From: Gemmatimonadales bacterium
GTDB lineage: Bacteria > Gemmatimonadota > Gemmatimonadetes > Gemmatimonadales > GWC2-71-9
Direction: 5' to 3'
DNA length: 64,000 bases
Assembly (NCBI GenBank): GCA_050183505.1
Contig: JBFXBG010000001.1
Span: forward strand, 10,104 to 74,103
The position numbers and the translations under genes were made by a program. Position 1 is the stretch's first letter. Every line of letters begins with the position of its first letter. The notes under the pieces are model-generated. The model saw nothing but the letters and a program-made list of their open reading frames with translations, searched no databases and was not told the DNA's origin. Shown here one piece after another: positions 35,795 to 46,574 of this stretch.

Positions 35795-37340
35795 CAGTCC
35801 CTTTCAGGATCTTCACCGTCTCCCACCTCTGCCCATTGAATATCAGCGGAATCTTCCAGCCGGTCACCTCGGGCCGTTCGGCCCACCAGTCCACCGGGAA
35901 GTAGCAGAAGATCCAGGGGGCGGCGTCGAAGACCCGCCGGTCGACCTCCCGGCTCAGGGCCGCCTTGCGGGATTCGTCCTGGGTGGTGCGGGCCTCGAGG
36001 ATGAGCGAGTCGAGCGCCGGGTTGCTGTAGAACGCGTAGTTGCCGCCGGGGCCCCGGCTGCCGGTGTAGAACAGCGGGTAGTTGAAGTTCTCCGGATCGG
36101 GATAGTCGGCATACCAGTCAGTCAGAAACAGATCCGTCTCACCGGCGCGGGCGGCGGCCCGGGCCGAGGAGGCGTCGCGCTCGACGATCTCGACGGTGAT
36201 GCCGACGGTACCCAGCTGCTGCTGTACCGCCTGGGCGATCCGGGCGTATTGTTCCCGCGCGGTCCGCCAGAGCTGCAGTTTGAAGCCGCCGGGGTAGCCC
36301 GCGTCGGCCAGGAGTTGCTTCGCGCGGGTCGGATCGTGGGGATACGGTGCCCGGGTGGAATCGTACCCCAGGATACCCGGCGGCAGCGCGCCGGCCGACT
36401 GCAGACCGCGGCCGCCGATCACCGTGCTCAGGATGGTGGGCATGTCCACCGCGTAGTTGAGCGCCTGCCGCACCCGGACGTCGCGCAGCGGACCGCGGGT
36501 GGTGTTGATCGCGATGTAGACCACCCGGATGGCGGGCCGTTTCTGAATCTCGCTGCCGTGCCGTTCCTCCCACCGCCGGCTCTCTCCGAAGGGAATCTCC
36601 ACCACGCTGAGCTTCCCGGCCTCGTACTCGGCCGCCAGGGTCAGGGCCTCCGGGATGATCCGGTTCCGGAGCGAGTCGGTCTCGGGCACCCGGCCCCAGT
36701 AGTCCTGGTTCCGGGCCAGCAGAATCGCGTCATCATGGGACCAGGAGACGAACTTCCACGGGCCGCTGCCGACCGGATGCTGCCCGAAGTCCGCCGGCAG
36801 GGAGTCGGGCACGATGGCCGTCACCGGCATTGCCAGCAGCTTGGGAAAGATGTTGAGCGGTTCGGTGAGGGTGAACACGACGGTGGAATCGTCCGGCGTC
36901 GTGATGCCGCTCACGGCCGTTGCCGTGCCATTGGCGAAATCCCGGGCGCCGCGGATGGGGTAGAGCGGCCAGGCCCGGCCGCCCCGGGTGGCGGGATCGA
37001 GCGCCCGCAGGAAGCTGTGCCGCACCGCCGCGGAGGTGACCGGCGTGCCATCGTGGAAGCGGGCGTTGCCGCGAAGATGGAACGTGTACACCCCGCCGCC
37101 CGCATCCGCCTCCCAGCGCTCGGCCAGACCCGGCCTCAGCGCGCCGTCCACGTCGAACTGGGCCAGGTTGTCGAACAGCATGGCGACCATTTCGCCGGTC
37201 GGGACGTCGGTGGAAAGGGCCGGGTCGAGCGAGCGGGGATCGTAGGTGAAGAAGTAGTTCAGCGTGTGGGACGGAGCTGGTCTTCCGCAGCCGGCGACCA
37301 GCAGCAGAGCGCAAAACGAGATCCGGCGCAAGCGTGACAT
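35790..37340 (-). CDS. Peptide ABC transporter substrate-binding lipoprotein (family 5)
   Basis: VAGC lipobox, DPRSLDP, PGLAERW, FHDG, PVGSGP and VRQALNYAVD motifs. Confidence 0.93.
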   Translation of the reverse strand: MSRLRRISFCALLLVAGCGRPAPSHTLNYFFTYDPRSLDPALSTDVPTGEMVAMLFDNLAQFDVDGALRPGLAERWEADAGGGVYTFHLRGNARFHDGTPVTSAAVRHSFLRALDPATRGGRAWPLYPIRGARDFANGTATAVSGITTPDDSTVVFTLTEPLNIFPKLLAMPVTAIVPDSLPADFGQHPVGSGPWKFVSWSHDDAILLARNQDYWGRVPETDSLRNRIIPEALTLAAEYEAGKLSVVEIPFGESRRWEERHGSEIQKRPAIRVVYIAINTTRGPLRDVRVRQALNYAVDMPTILSTVIGGRGLQSAGALPPGILGYDSTRAPYPHDPTRAKQLLADAGYPGGFKLQLWRTAREQYARIAQAVQQQLGTVGITVEIVERDASSARAAARAGETDLFLTDWYADYPDPENFNYPLFYTGSRGPGGNYAFYSNPALDSLILEARTTQDESRKAALSREVDRRVFDAAPWIFCYFPVDWWAERPEVTGWKIPLIFNGQRWETVKILKGTG

Positions 37341-37429
37341 GGACAGACCGGCTTTGATGGCGGGGAGAAGTAAACGTAACCGGGGGAGGTGGGCCCGAAC
37401 GGCGAGCCGGAGACCGGGCGTCGATGAAG

Positions 37430-37458
37430 TTGACACCATCTCGTAAAGTGGCCAAAAT
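37430..37458 (+). promoter_or_regulatory. Sigma70 promoter for the tamA-tamB operon
   Basis: TTGACA-N17-CAAAAT. Confidence 0.55.
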
Positions 37459-37590
37459 ACAGAGGTTACAGCTTGTCGTCAATTCTCTCGGGCGGCCTGG
37501 CCGGCCCGGTTAAGGCGCGGGTATGCACTCGATTTTCCGTCTCCATGAAGCCCTGCCGGCCCGGGCGGGCGCGCGTACGCGTCCTCCGGC

Positions 37591-39723
37591 GTGGTGAGCC
37601 GGCGCGGTCGGTGGGTTTTCATGGCCGGTCTCCTGCTGTCGCTGGCGGTGCCGCTGGCGGCCCAGCAGGAGGAGGGGTCGGGCCGCATCATCATGGGACT
37701 GGACTTCAAGGGCAACCACTCCATCGAATCGACCGTCCTGGAGAACGCCATCAGCACGACGAACTCGAGCTGGTTTGCCCGGGCAGTTCCCTTCAAGTGG
37801 TTCAAGATCTTCGGCGAGAAACGGATCTTCGATGAGCGTGCCTTCGTAGGGGACGTTCTGCGGATCGAGCTGCTGTACAAGCTCAGCGGGTTTCTGGAAG
37901 TCAGGGTCGATACCGTGGTCAAACGCCGCCCCGACGCCGTCAATATCACCTTCGTGATCACCGAAGGCGAGCCGGTGCGGGTCACCTCCCTCACGGTGAC
38001 CGGTCTGGATTCGGTCGCGGCGGCCGATGAGATCACCCGGAATCTGCCGCTCCGGGTGGGCGCGCCGTTCAACCGCTTCCTCATGACGGCGTCGGGGGAC
38101 ACGCTGGTCCGGCGGTTGCGGAACCGGGGGTACCCGGGGGTCCTGGTCTTTCGGAACTTCGACCAGAACGCGCGGGAGCGCACGGCCCGGGTCACGCTGG
38201 ATGTCTCGCCCGGCCAGGCGGCGGAGGTCGGCACGGTCCGGGTCGAAGGAACCGCCACCGTGGACAGCGGTTATGTCCGCAGCCTGCTGGCCACCCGCGC
38301 GGGCCGGCCCTTCTCCCAGGAAGACCTGTATCAGACGCAGCGCAACCTGTACAAGACCGAGCTGTTCCAGTTTGCGTCGGTCGGCATCGACAGCACCCGG
38401 TTTCAGACCGGGGATTCGATCGTCCCGCTGGTGATCCGGGTGCGCGAGGGGCGGATGCACCGGGTCCGGGCCGGCGCGGGCTACGGAACCACCGACTGCT
38501 TTCGCGGCGGAGCCGGCTGGACCGCCCGGAATTTCGCCGGCGGCGGCGGGATCCTCGACATCACCGGACGGGTGTCCAAGCTCGGGTTCGCGTCTCCCAC
38601 CGGCTGGGAATTCGCCCGGTCCTCGTTGTGCCCGGCGCTCAAGGACGACTCGATCGGGTCCCGCAAGCTCAACTACAACGCGACCGTCTCACTGCGCAAG
38701 CAGGGGTTCCTGAGCGCCCAGAATACCGGGAACCTGTCGGTCTTCGCCGACCGGCGGTCGGAGTTCCAGGTCTTCCTGCGTGAGGAAGTCGGCGCCGGCC
38801 TCACCATCACCCGGGAGACCGCCCGCCAGATTCCCTTCAGCCTCGGCTACAAACTCACCTACGGCTCGACCGAGGCATCGGACGCGAACTTCTGCGCCTT
38901 CTTCAGCGCCTGCACCCAGGACGACATCGCGTCGCTGCGCCGGAAGCGCTTCCTCGCCACCCTGTCCGCCGCGGTGAGCCTGCCGCGGACCGACAGTCCG
39001 ATCGATCCGCGCCGGGGTTACGTCGCGAGCGCCGAAGCGGCGGTGAGCTCCCGGTTCATCGGGTCATCCCGCTTCCAGCAGTTCGTCAAGGTGGTGGGCG
39101 ATATCGCCTGGTACCGGGAACTGACCCGGGACGTGGTCCTCTCCTGGCGCCTGCGGGGCGGGCTCATCTTCGCGCCGGAGCAGAAGTTCTCCACCCAGAC
39201 CGCCAACTTCGTTCCGCCCGAGGAGCGCTTCTACGCCGGCGGGCCCAACGACGTGCGCGGGTTCCAGCGCAACGAACTGGGGCCGGTGGTCTATGTGCTC
39301 CCCGACCGGGATTCCCTGACGCCGGAACTGCAGGACTCGCTGACACGGGGCCTGGTCCAGCCCCGGTTCTCGGCCACCGGCGGCAACACCCTGACCGTCG
39401 GCAATGTGGAACTCCGGTTTCCCTCGCCCGTGTTCACCAGCCGGATGCGCCTGGCCCTGTTCGTGGATGCCGGGACCGTCTGGGAACGGGGCAAGACCGA
39501 TTTCGCCCCGTCCAACATCCGGGTCACGCCCGGGGTCGGGTTCCGGTTCTCGACGCCGCTGGGTCCGGCCCGGCTGGACGTGGCCTACAACGGCTACAAG
39601 ACCCAGCCGGGCGCGCTGTATCTGGCCCGGAGCGACGGGTCGCTGCAGCAGGTGCAGGACAATTTCGTCCGGAACCGGCCTTCCAAGTTCACCTTCCAGT
39701 TCGCCATCGGGAATCCCTTCTGA
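37591..39723 (+). CDS. Omp85 family outer membrane protein (TamA/BamA-like, three POTRA)
   Basis: POTRA repeats, RFYAGGPNDVRGF, FVDAGTVW, TPLGPARLD motifs and C-terminal Phe. Confidence 0.9.
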   Translation: MVSRRGRWVFMAGLLLSLAVPLAAQQEEGSGRIIMGLDFKGNHSIESTVLENAISTTNSSWFARAVPFKWFKIFGEKRIFDERAFVGDVLRIELLYKLSGFLEVRVDTVVKRRPDAVNITFVITEGEPVRVTSLTVTGLDSVAAADEITRNLPLRVGAPFNRFLMTASGDTLVRRLRNRGYPGVLVFRNFDQNARERTARVTLDVSPGQAAEVGTVRVEGTATVDSGYVRSLLATRAGRPFSQEDLYQTQRNLYKTELFQFASVGIDSTRFQTGDSIVPLVIRVREGRMHRVRAGAGYGTTDCFRGGAGWTARNFAGGGGILDITGRVSKLGFASPTGWEFARSSLCPALKDDSIGSRKLNYNATVSLRKQGFLSAQNTGNLSVFADRRSEFQVFLREEVGAGLTITRETARQIPFSLGYKLTYGSTEASDANFCAFFSACTQDDIASLRRKRFLATLSAAVSLPRTDSPIDPRRGYVASAEAAVSSRFIGSSRFQQFVKVVGDIAWYRELTRDVVLSWRLRGGLIFAPEQKFSTQTANFVPPEERFYAGGPNDVRGFQRNELGPVVYVLPDRDSLTPELQDSLTRGLVQPRFSATGGNTLTVGNVELRFPSPVFTSRMRLALFVDAGTVWERGKTDFAPSNIRVTPGVGFRFSTPLGPARLDVAYNGYKTQPGALYLARSDGSLQQVQDNFVRNRPSKFTFQFAIGNPF

Positions 39724-42700
39724 TGCGCCGGCTGACCCACGCCCTCCTCACCCTGCTGCTGGGTGTCGTCCCGCTGGCGCTGGGCGTGGGCATGGCCCTG
39801 ATGTACACCCCGGCCGGCCGGGGCCTGCTGGCCCGCAACCTGACCGGCTTCCTCGCCGGGGTGGTGCGCGGCAAGGTCGAGGTGCGCGAGATCTCCGGGT
39901 CGTTCCTGTTCAGCCTCACCCTCAGGGATCTCACCGTCCGGGATACGACGGGTGAGCTCTTCGTCCAGGCCCCGGAGCTGCAGGTGCACTACCGGCTGCC
40001 CAATCTGCTGGCCGGGCGGATCGTATTCACCGACGTCCGCATGGAGCGGCCGACGCTGCAGTTCATCAAGCACCGCAACGGCCGGATGAATTATGAGGAG
40101 ATCCTGCGGTTGAACGAATCGGCCGGCGGCGGCGGCCCGTCCCCGCTGGTGGAGTTCCGGGACGTGCAGGTGGACAGCGGCACGGTCCGCGTGTTCACAC
40201 CCTGGAACCCGTCCGACTCCGGCCGGCTGGCCGCCGAGCTGGCCGCCCAGCGGGAGAAGCCCGGCCGGATCATCGAGGACGGGCCCGAAGGATTGCGGAA
40301 GCTGATCCGTGCCGAATACGTCAGCGGCCGGTTTCCGCGGCTCCGCCTGGCGAGCCCCGACGGCGGTCCGGTCGTGGTCCAGGTCGATACGCTGCGGGCG
40401 GCGCTCAACGACCCGGGGATGGACATCCACGACTACAACGGCCTGGTCGAGGCCAAGGGCGACAGTGTCCGGCTGCAGATCAGCCGGGGCGGCTTCGCCA
40501 ACACCCGCTTCAGCGGCGACGGGTACCTGACCTTCCCGCGCGACACGCTGCTGCTGGACCTCACCCTCGACATCCCGACGCTCGACCTCCGGGACCTGCG
40601 CTGGATCTCGCCCCTGTTCCCGTCCATGACCGGGAGCGTGAAGGTCCGGGCCCAGTCCGTCTCCGGGGCGCTCACCGACTACCGGCTGACCGACCTCAGG
40701 CTCTCCGGCGGACCCGGGAGCCTCGAGGGAGACATGATCGCGGTGACGGACGTACATCGCGGCCTCGGTGTCCGGAACCTCGATCTGCAGACGCGCGGCC
40801 TCGATCTGGAAACCGTGCGTCCCTATCTCGATACGCTCCCGCTGGTCGGCACCATAACCGGCCGGCTGCAGGCGGGCGGCTTCTTCGACAGCATGGTGGT
40901 GGCGCTGGACGCGGACTATACCGAGGCGCGCCTGCCGGAGCGGCCGGTCTCGCACCTGACCGGCCACGGCGACCTGACCCTGACCGGCCCGGATGGAACC
41001 GTCTTCCACAACTTCCAGCTCGACAACTCCGATCTGGATCTGGCGACCGTCCGGCTCATGGCAAGCGCCGTCGTGCTCGAAGGGCGGGCCCGCCTGAGCG
41101 GAACGCTGGACGGTCCCTGGAAGGACGTCACCTTCCGCGGGCGGATGGCGCACCAGGACGGGGACCGTCCGGTCAGCGTGGTAACCGGCATGGTCCGGCT
41201 CGATACCCGCGGTGACACGCTGGGCCTGGCCACGGACGTGGTGCTGGAGCCGCTCGACTTCGACGGGATCCGGCGCGGCTTCCCCTCACTCAGGTCCCGC
41301 GGCAGCCTGAACGGCTCGGTGCGCTCCAGCGGGACGCTGGCGGATCTCGATCTCGACGCCGATGTCCATGGCGACCTCGGTACGGTTCAGGCCCGGGGGC
41401 GGATTACCCTGTTGCCGCCGCGCTACGGCGCCGACAGCCTGACGCTCAGGTTTACCGGTCTGGATCTCGAGCAGGTCACCGGATCCGGTCCCGAAACCTG
41501 GCTCACCGGCTCCGCTCAGGTTTCGGGAGTCAGCGACACCCTGCAGGCCCCGGCCGGCTCGATGGTGGTGGCGCTGGACACGGGGCAGGTACGGGAGTTC
41601 TCGCTCGACAGCCTGTACGCCGAGCTCCTGATCCAGGACAGCGTCCTGCGGCTGGACACCCTGGAGCTTGACTGGGGCGGGGTCCGGGCCGGCGGACGTC
41701 TTTCCGGTGGCGGGAGTCTCGGCTGGGCCCGGCCCCACGCGGGGCAGCTGCGGCTGTTCGCCGTGGCGGCGTCGCTGGCCCCGTTCGATTCGCTGCTCAT
41801 GGTTCTGAGCGGAGCGGCCCGGGACACCGCGGTGGATGCCGTGCCGCTCGATGGGGCCGGCACCATTCAGCTGGCCCTCGGCGGGTCGCTCGATTCGCTG
41901 GTCGCGACCGGGAGCGTGAACCTCGAGGGGTTCGCCTGGCAGCGGTACCGGGCGCCGTTTGCCGGCGGCACGTTCGAGTGGCATGGCGGAGCCCGCCCCC
42001 GGCTGGCGATCACCTTCCAGTCGGATTCGGTGCGGGCCGGGGACCTGGCCTATCGGGCGGTCGATATCTCCCTCGCCGGCCGGACCGATTCCCTGTCGTG
42101 GTCGGGCTCGGCCGAGGCGGTGCCCCGGGCGCTGCTCTCCAGTGCGGGACGGTGGTGGAAGCGGGACGGCGGCTGGACCCTGGCACTCGACTCCCTGTCC
42201 GCCGGGCTGGCCGTGCACCGCTGGCGGCTGGCGGCGCCGAGCCGGATCGAGGCGGACAGCCTGGCGGTCCGGTTCGACGGCGTGCGGCTGGTGACCGGCG
42301 ACGGGGCCGGGTCGATCCGGCTGAACGGCGCGCTGCCGCGCGCGGGAGAAGGCCATCTGGTGATGGAGGTCCGGGGCGGAGACCTCAAGGACGTCTACGC
42401 CCTGCTGCAGCGGGATACCAGCAGCGTCGCGGGCAGTATCACGCTGGACGTCGAGGTGAACGGCACGGCGGCCAACCCGGTCATGAGCGGGAGCGGGACG
42501 CTGGGTGACGCGGTCTTCGGTGATTTCCGGTCGCCGTTCGTGCAGGGCGTCTTTGACTACCGGGACCGACTGCTCGATGCCAACCTGCTGCTCTTCCGGA
42601 CCGGCGTGCAGGTACTGCAGCTCGAGGCCCAGCTGCCGCTGGACCTGGCGCTGCAGCCGGTGGCGGAGCGGCAGGTCCCGGGGAACCTGCTGCTGCGGGC

Positions 42701-44144
42701 CAAGGCGGACAGCGTGAACCTGGCGCTGCTGGAGGCCTTCACGCCCAACCTGCGGCGGGTCCAGGGGCTCATGAAAGCCGATGTGGAGATCCGCGGCACC
42801 TGGGACGCACCCCAGCTGGCCGGGACGCTGGATCTGCTCAACGGCGCCGCCACGGTGCCGGCCCTCGGTGTCCGGTACGGATACCTGACCGGGCACCTCC
42901 GCTTCGACGGGGACTCCATCGTGATCGAGCGGCTGCGGACCACCAGCGGCCCCGGGGATCTGGTCCTGACCGGGGGGATCCAGCTGGAGAAACTCACCCG
43001 GCCGGTGCTCAACGTCCGGCTGCAGGCGCGGGACTTCCGGGCCATCGACGACCCGACCTATCTCACGCTCGAAGTGAGCGGCACCGGAACCCTGACGGGG
43101 CCGGTGTACGGCGCCACCCTCAAGGGAGACATCACCGCCCGGGCGGGCGTACTCCACTTCGCCGATCTGGTCAATAAACGGATCATCGACCTGTCCGATC
43201 CGGTGGCTCGCGAGCTGATCGATACCTCGCTCATCCGCACGGAGAATCTGGGCCCGGCCTTCCAGAGCGTCTTTCTCGATTCGCTCACGATCGAGGATCT
43301 GCGGCTCACGGTGCAGGATCAGTTCTGGCTCCGCTCCAGCGACGCCAACGTGCAGCTGGAAGGGGCGGTCACGGTCAACAAGCGGGGCCCGGAATACCGC
43401 TTCGACGGGACGTTCAACGCGCTCCGCGGGGTCTACACGTTGCGGGTCGGGTTCGTGACCCGGGACTTCCAGGTGGACCGCGGGACCGTCCGGTACTTCG
43501 GGACACCGGACCTCAACGCCGAACTCGACATCCAGGCGACCCATGTGGTCCAGGCGTCGGGCGAGGAGATTCCGGTCATCGCCCAGATCACCGGAACCCT
43601 GCAACTGCCCAAACTCTCGCTGACCAGCACCATCCGGCCTCAGCCCACCGAATCGGAGCTGGTCTCGTACCTCATGTTCGGCCGGCCTTCGCCGGACATC
43701 CCGATCCTGGGCGGGGCGGAGAACAGCCAGCGCCAGGCGGCCTTCGATGCGGCGCTGTCGTATCTCACCAGTGCCTTCTCGAGCGAGGTCCAGCGCACGC
43801 TGATTTCGGATCTGGGCCTGCCCATCGATTTCATCGAGTTCCGCACCGGGATCAGCAATCCCTTCTCCGGGGGCGGCGGGCGGACCGAGCTGGCGGCCGG
43901 CGTTCAGCTGACCAACCGGACGTTCGTCACCGTGAACGCCGGTTTCTGCCGGGCGGAACTGGCGACTATCGGGGTCCAGAGCCTGGGCGCGGGCCTGGAG
44001 TACCGGCTCAACCGGCAATGGAAGTTCCAGACCAGCCTGGATCCGGTGCTGAGCTGCCAGCCCAACGGCGAAGCGGCCCAGAACCTGTCCAACTCGACCC
44101 GGTATCAGTTCGGCGTCGATGCCCTCTGGGACAAGGACTACTGA
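39723..44144 (+). CDS. tamB: TamB/AsmA-like translocation and assembly module protein
   Basis: N-terminal TM, about 1470 aa beta-taco repeats, DUF490-like C-terminus (SELVSYLMFG); TGATG overlap with the Omp85 gene. Confidence 0.88.
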   Translation: MRRLTHALLTLLLGVVPLALGVGMALMYTPAGRGLLARNLTGFLAGVVRGKVEVREISGSFLFSLTLRDLTVRDTTGELFVQAPELQVHYRLPNLLAGRIVFTDVRMERPTLQFIKHRNGRMNYEEILRLNESAGGGGPSPLVEFRDVQVDSGTVRVFTPWNPSDSGRLAAELAAQREKPGRIIEDGPEGLRKLIRAEYVSGRFPRLRLASPDGGPVVVQVDTLRAALNDPGMDIHDYNGLVEAKGDSVRLQISRGGFANTRFSGDGYLTFPRDTLLLDLTLDIPTLDLRDLRWISPLFPSMTGSVKVRAQSVSGALTDYRLTDLRLSGGPGSLEGDMIAVTDVHRGLGVRNLDLQTRGLDLETVRPYLDTLPLVGTITGRLQAGGFFDSMVVALDADYTEARLPERPVSHLTGHGDLTLTGPDGTVFHNFQLDNSDLDLATVRLMASAVVLEGRARLSGTLDGPWKDVTFRGRMAHQDGDRPVSVVTGMVRLDTRGDTLGLATDVVLEPLDFDGIRRGFPSLRSRGSLNGSVRSSGTLADLDLDADVHGDLGTVQARGRITLLPPRYGADSLTLRFTGLDLEQVTGSGPETWLTGSAQVSGVSDTLQAPAGSMVVALDTGQVREFSLDSLYAELLIQDSVLRLDTLELDWGGVRAGGRLSGGGSLGWARPHAGQLRLFAVAASLAPFDSLLMVLSGAARDTAVDAVPLDGAGTIQLALGGSLDSLVATGSVNLEGFAWQRYRAPFAGGTFEWHGGARPRLAITFQSDSVRAGDLAYRAVDISLAGRTDSLSWSGSAEAVPRALLSSAGRWWKRDGGWTLALDSLSAGLAVHRWRLAAPSRIEADSLAVRFDGVRLVTGDGAGSIRLNGALPRAGEGHLVMEVRGGDLKDVYALLQRDTSSVAGSITLDVEVNGTAANPVMSGSGTLGDAVFGDFRSPFVQGVFDYRDRLLDANLLLFRTGVQVLQLEAQLPLDLALQPVAERQVPGNLLLRAKADSVNLALLEAFTPNLRRVQGLMKADVEIRGTWDAPQLAGTLDLLNGAATVPALGVRYGYLTGHLRFDGDSIVIERLRTTSGPGDLVLTGGIQLEKLTRPVLNVRLQARDFRAIDDPTYLTLEVSGTGTLTGPVYGATLKGDITARAGVLHFADLVNKRIIDLSDPVARELIDTSLIRTENLGPAFQSVFLDSLTIEDLRLTVQDQFWLRSSDANVQLEGAVTVNKRGPEYRFDGTFNALRGVYTLRVGFVTRDFQVDRGTVRYFGTPDLNAELDIQATHVVQASGEEIPVIAQITGTLQLPKLSLTSTIRPQPTESELVSYLMFGRPSPDIPILGGAENSQRQAAFDAALSYLTSAFSSEVQRTLISDLGLPIDFIEFRTGISNPFSGGGGRTELAAGVQLTNRTFVTVNAGFCRAELATIGVQSLGAGLEYRLNRQWKFQTSLDPVLSCQPNGEAAQNLSNSTRYQFGVDALWDKDY

Positions 44145-44146
44145 CC

Positions 44147-45049
44147 GTGCCGCGCGCCCTGATCATTGCCAATCCGGCCGCCGCCCGGACCACCCCGGAC
44201 ATCGTGAGCCAGATTCTGGACACGCTGCGGGCCGGCGGCTGGACGTCGGAGCTGGCCGCCACCAGCGGCCCGGGGGATGCCCGGCGGCTGGCGGAACAGG
44301 GCGTGCGGGACGGCGTGGACAGCGTGGTGGTCTTCGGCGGTGACGGTACCACGATGCAGGCCGCGGCCGCACTGGTCGGGACCGACGTCCGCCTGGGTCT
44401 GATCCCCGGGGGTACCGGCAATCTGCTGGCCGGCAACCTCCGGATCCCTACCTCTCCGGTCCGGGCGGCGGCGGCGCTGCTCAAGGCCCGGCCCCGCCGG
44501 CTCGACCTGGGCCGGATCGAGCGGCCCGACGGGGCCCATTATTTCGCCGTGGCCTGCGGCGCGGGGTACGATGCCCGGGTCATGATCGGGACCCGCTCGG
44601 AGCACAAGCGGAAGTGGGGGATCGGCGCCTACATCGCGACCACCCTGAAGCTCATCCACGAGATCCGGAGCGTGGATTTCCTGCTCACCGTGGATGGCCG
44701 GGAGTACGATGCGCACGCGGCGACGGTCATCATCGCCAACTGCGGCGAGGTGATTCCTCCCTACCTCCGCCTGAGTCCGGACATCGTCCCGGACGACGGG
44801 CTGCTCGACGTGGTGGTGATGCGGGCCAACAGCTTCGGCGAGAGCGTGCGGGCGGTCTGGGAGCTGCTGCGGGTGCCGGGTCCGGGTGAAGTCTCGGGGA
44901 GCCTGGTGGGTTTCGTCCGCGGAAAGGAGATCCGGGTCGAGTCTCATCCGGCCCTGCCGGCCCAGCTCGACGGGGAGCCCGGCGGGGTGACGCCGTTCAC
45001 CGCGACCGTCGTCCCCGGGGCCCTGGAAATCTTGGCCCCCCGGACCTGA
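44147..45049 (+). CDS. Diacylglycerol/lipid kinase family (YegS/DgkB-like)
   Basis: IANPAA, GGDGT, PGGTGNLLA, DDGLLD and QLDGE motifs. Confidence 0.92.
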   Translation: MPRALIIANPAAARTTPDIVSQILDTLRAGGWTSELAATSGPGDARRLAEQGVRDGVDSVVVFGGDGTTMQAAAALVGTDVRLGLIPGGTGNLLAGNLRIPTSPVRAAAALLKARPRRLDLGRIERPDGAHYFAVACGAGYDARVMIGTRSEHKRKWGIGAYIATTLKLIHEIRSVDFLLTVDGREYDAHAATVIIANCGEVIPPYLRLSPDIVPDDGLLDVVVMRANSFGESVRAVWELLRVPGPGEVSGSLVGFVRGKEIRVESHPALPAQLDGEPGGVTPFTATVVPGALEILAPRT

Positions 45050-45224
45050 CCGGCCGGCCGGGGCCCGTTGCCCTTGCGCAACTGGATAATTCTGTGACAC
45101 TTGTAGGTGGCCCCCGTCCGGTGGAGCCGGCACGCCCCGGTCCCGCAACTCCCGGTTGGCCATTGGCTAACACGTTTCCCTCGCAGGCAGGCTCTCTCCG
45201 ACCCCCAGGGGAGGTGACCGGTTC

Positions 45225-46571
45225 ATGGCCGATACCGTACTTCTGATTGACGATGATGTCGAAGTCCTCCGCTCGATCGGGAACTATTTCGAGCACGTAG
45301 GTTACGAGGTCGCCCGGGAGCTGACAGGGGAGGCCGGTCTGGCGACCTACGAACGCCTCCGTCCGGAAGTCGTCATCCTCGACCTGCACCTCCCGGGCAT
45401 GGACGGCATGGAGGTGCTGGAGCGCCTGCGGGAGCAGGGCGCCGCCGTCATCCTGCTGACCGGGCAGAGCGACATCCCCACCGCAGTCCGAGCCATGCAG
45501 CTCGGGGCGGACAACTTCCTGACCAAGCCGGTCGACATGGCCCACCTGGTCGCGGCCGCGGCGCGGGCGGCGGAGAAGTCCCGGCTCAAGCGGGTGAATG
45601 AGATGCTGCTGGCGCACATGTCGCCGGGGCAGGGGTTGGAGTCGCTGGGACATTCCCCGGCGATGCAGGAGCTGGCCCGCCAGATCGGGCTCCTCGCCCA
45701 GAGCGAGCGGACCACCGTCCTCCTGGTCGGCGAAAGCGGCACCGGCAAGGGCTGGGTAGCCCGGATGATCCATAACCTGAGCCCCCGCTCCCGGGCGCCG
45801 TTCGTGGAAGTGAACGCCGGCGGCCTCTCCTCGACCTTCCTGGATTCCGAGCTGTTCGGTCATGAGAAGGGGGCGTTCACCGACGCCAAGGATCGCAAGC
45901 AGGGGCTGTTCGAGATCGCCGATCATGGGACCATCTTTCTCGACGAGATCGGCGATCTGGCCGTGGAGCTTCAGCCCAAGCTGCTCAAGGTGCTCGAGGC
46001 CAAGAGCTTCCGCCGGCTGGGCGGAACCCGGGAACTGACCGTGGATGTGCGGCTCATCGCGGCGACCAACAAGGACATCGCGGCGGCGGTGGAGGGCGCC
46101 CGGTTCCGCGAGGATCTGTACTACCGCCTCAGCGTCATGCCGCTTCACCTGCCCGCCGTCCGGGACCGCTCCCGGGAGGACCGGCTGGACCTCATCACCC
46201 GGATCCTGCACGATTTCCGGAACCAGGTGCCGGGAGGGCCGCCCAGCGTCTCGGCCGATGCGCTGGAGCGGATGCTGGCCTACGGCTGGCCCGGCAACGT
46301 GCGGGAGATGCGCAATGTGATCGAGCGGGCGCTGATCCTGGCCCAGGGAAAGAGCGAAATCGGGGTGGAGCACCTGCCCGGGGAATTCCGCGCGCGCGCC
46401 GGGCCGGGAGACCGGCGGCACATGCCGCTCAGCCTGGACGATCTGGAGCGCCAGCACATCGAGCGCACCCTCCGGCACCATTCCGGCAACCGGACCCGGG
46501 CCGCGCTCGAACTCGGTATCTCCCGGGCCACCCTGATCAACAAGATCAAACGCTACTCGATTCCGGTGTGA
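45225..46571 (+). CDS. NtrC-family sigma54-dependent response regulator
   Basis: REC domain (IDDD, LDLHLP), GESGTGK, ELFGHEKGAFTDA, FLDEIG, WPGNVRE and Fis HTH. Confidence 0.95.
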   Translation: MADTVLLIDDDVEVLRSIGNYFEHVGYEVARELTGEAGLATYERLRPEVVILDLHLPGMDGMEVLERLREQGAAVILLTGQSDIPTAVRAMQLGADNFLTKPVDMAHLVAAAARAAEKSRLKRVNEMLLAHMSPGQGLESLGHSPAMQELARQIGLLAQSERTTVLLVGESGTGKGWVARMIHNLSPRSRAPFVEVNAGGLSSTFLDSELFGHEKGAFTDAKDRKQGLFEIADHGTIFLDEIGDLAVELQPKLLKVLEAKSFRRLGGTRELTVDVRLIAATNKDIAAAVEGARFREDLYYRLSVMPLHLPAVRDRSREDRLDLITRILHDFRNQVPGGPPSVSADALERMLAYGWPGNVREMRNVIERALILAQGKSEIGVEHLPGEFRARAGPGDRRHMPLSLDDLERQHIERTLRHHSGNRTRAALELGISRATLINKIKRYSIPV

Positions 46572-46574
46572 GCC

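Noticed and set aside
41286-44018. 910-aa minus-strand ORF and similar long antisense ORFs throughout
   Set aside because: They are typical high-GC shadow frames opposite well-supported genes such as tamB.
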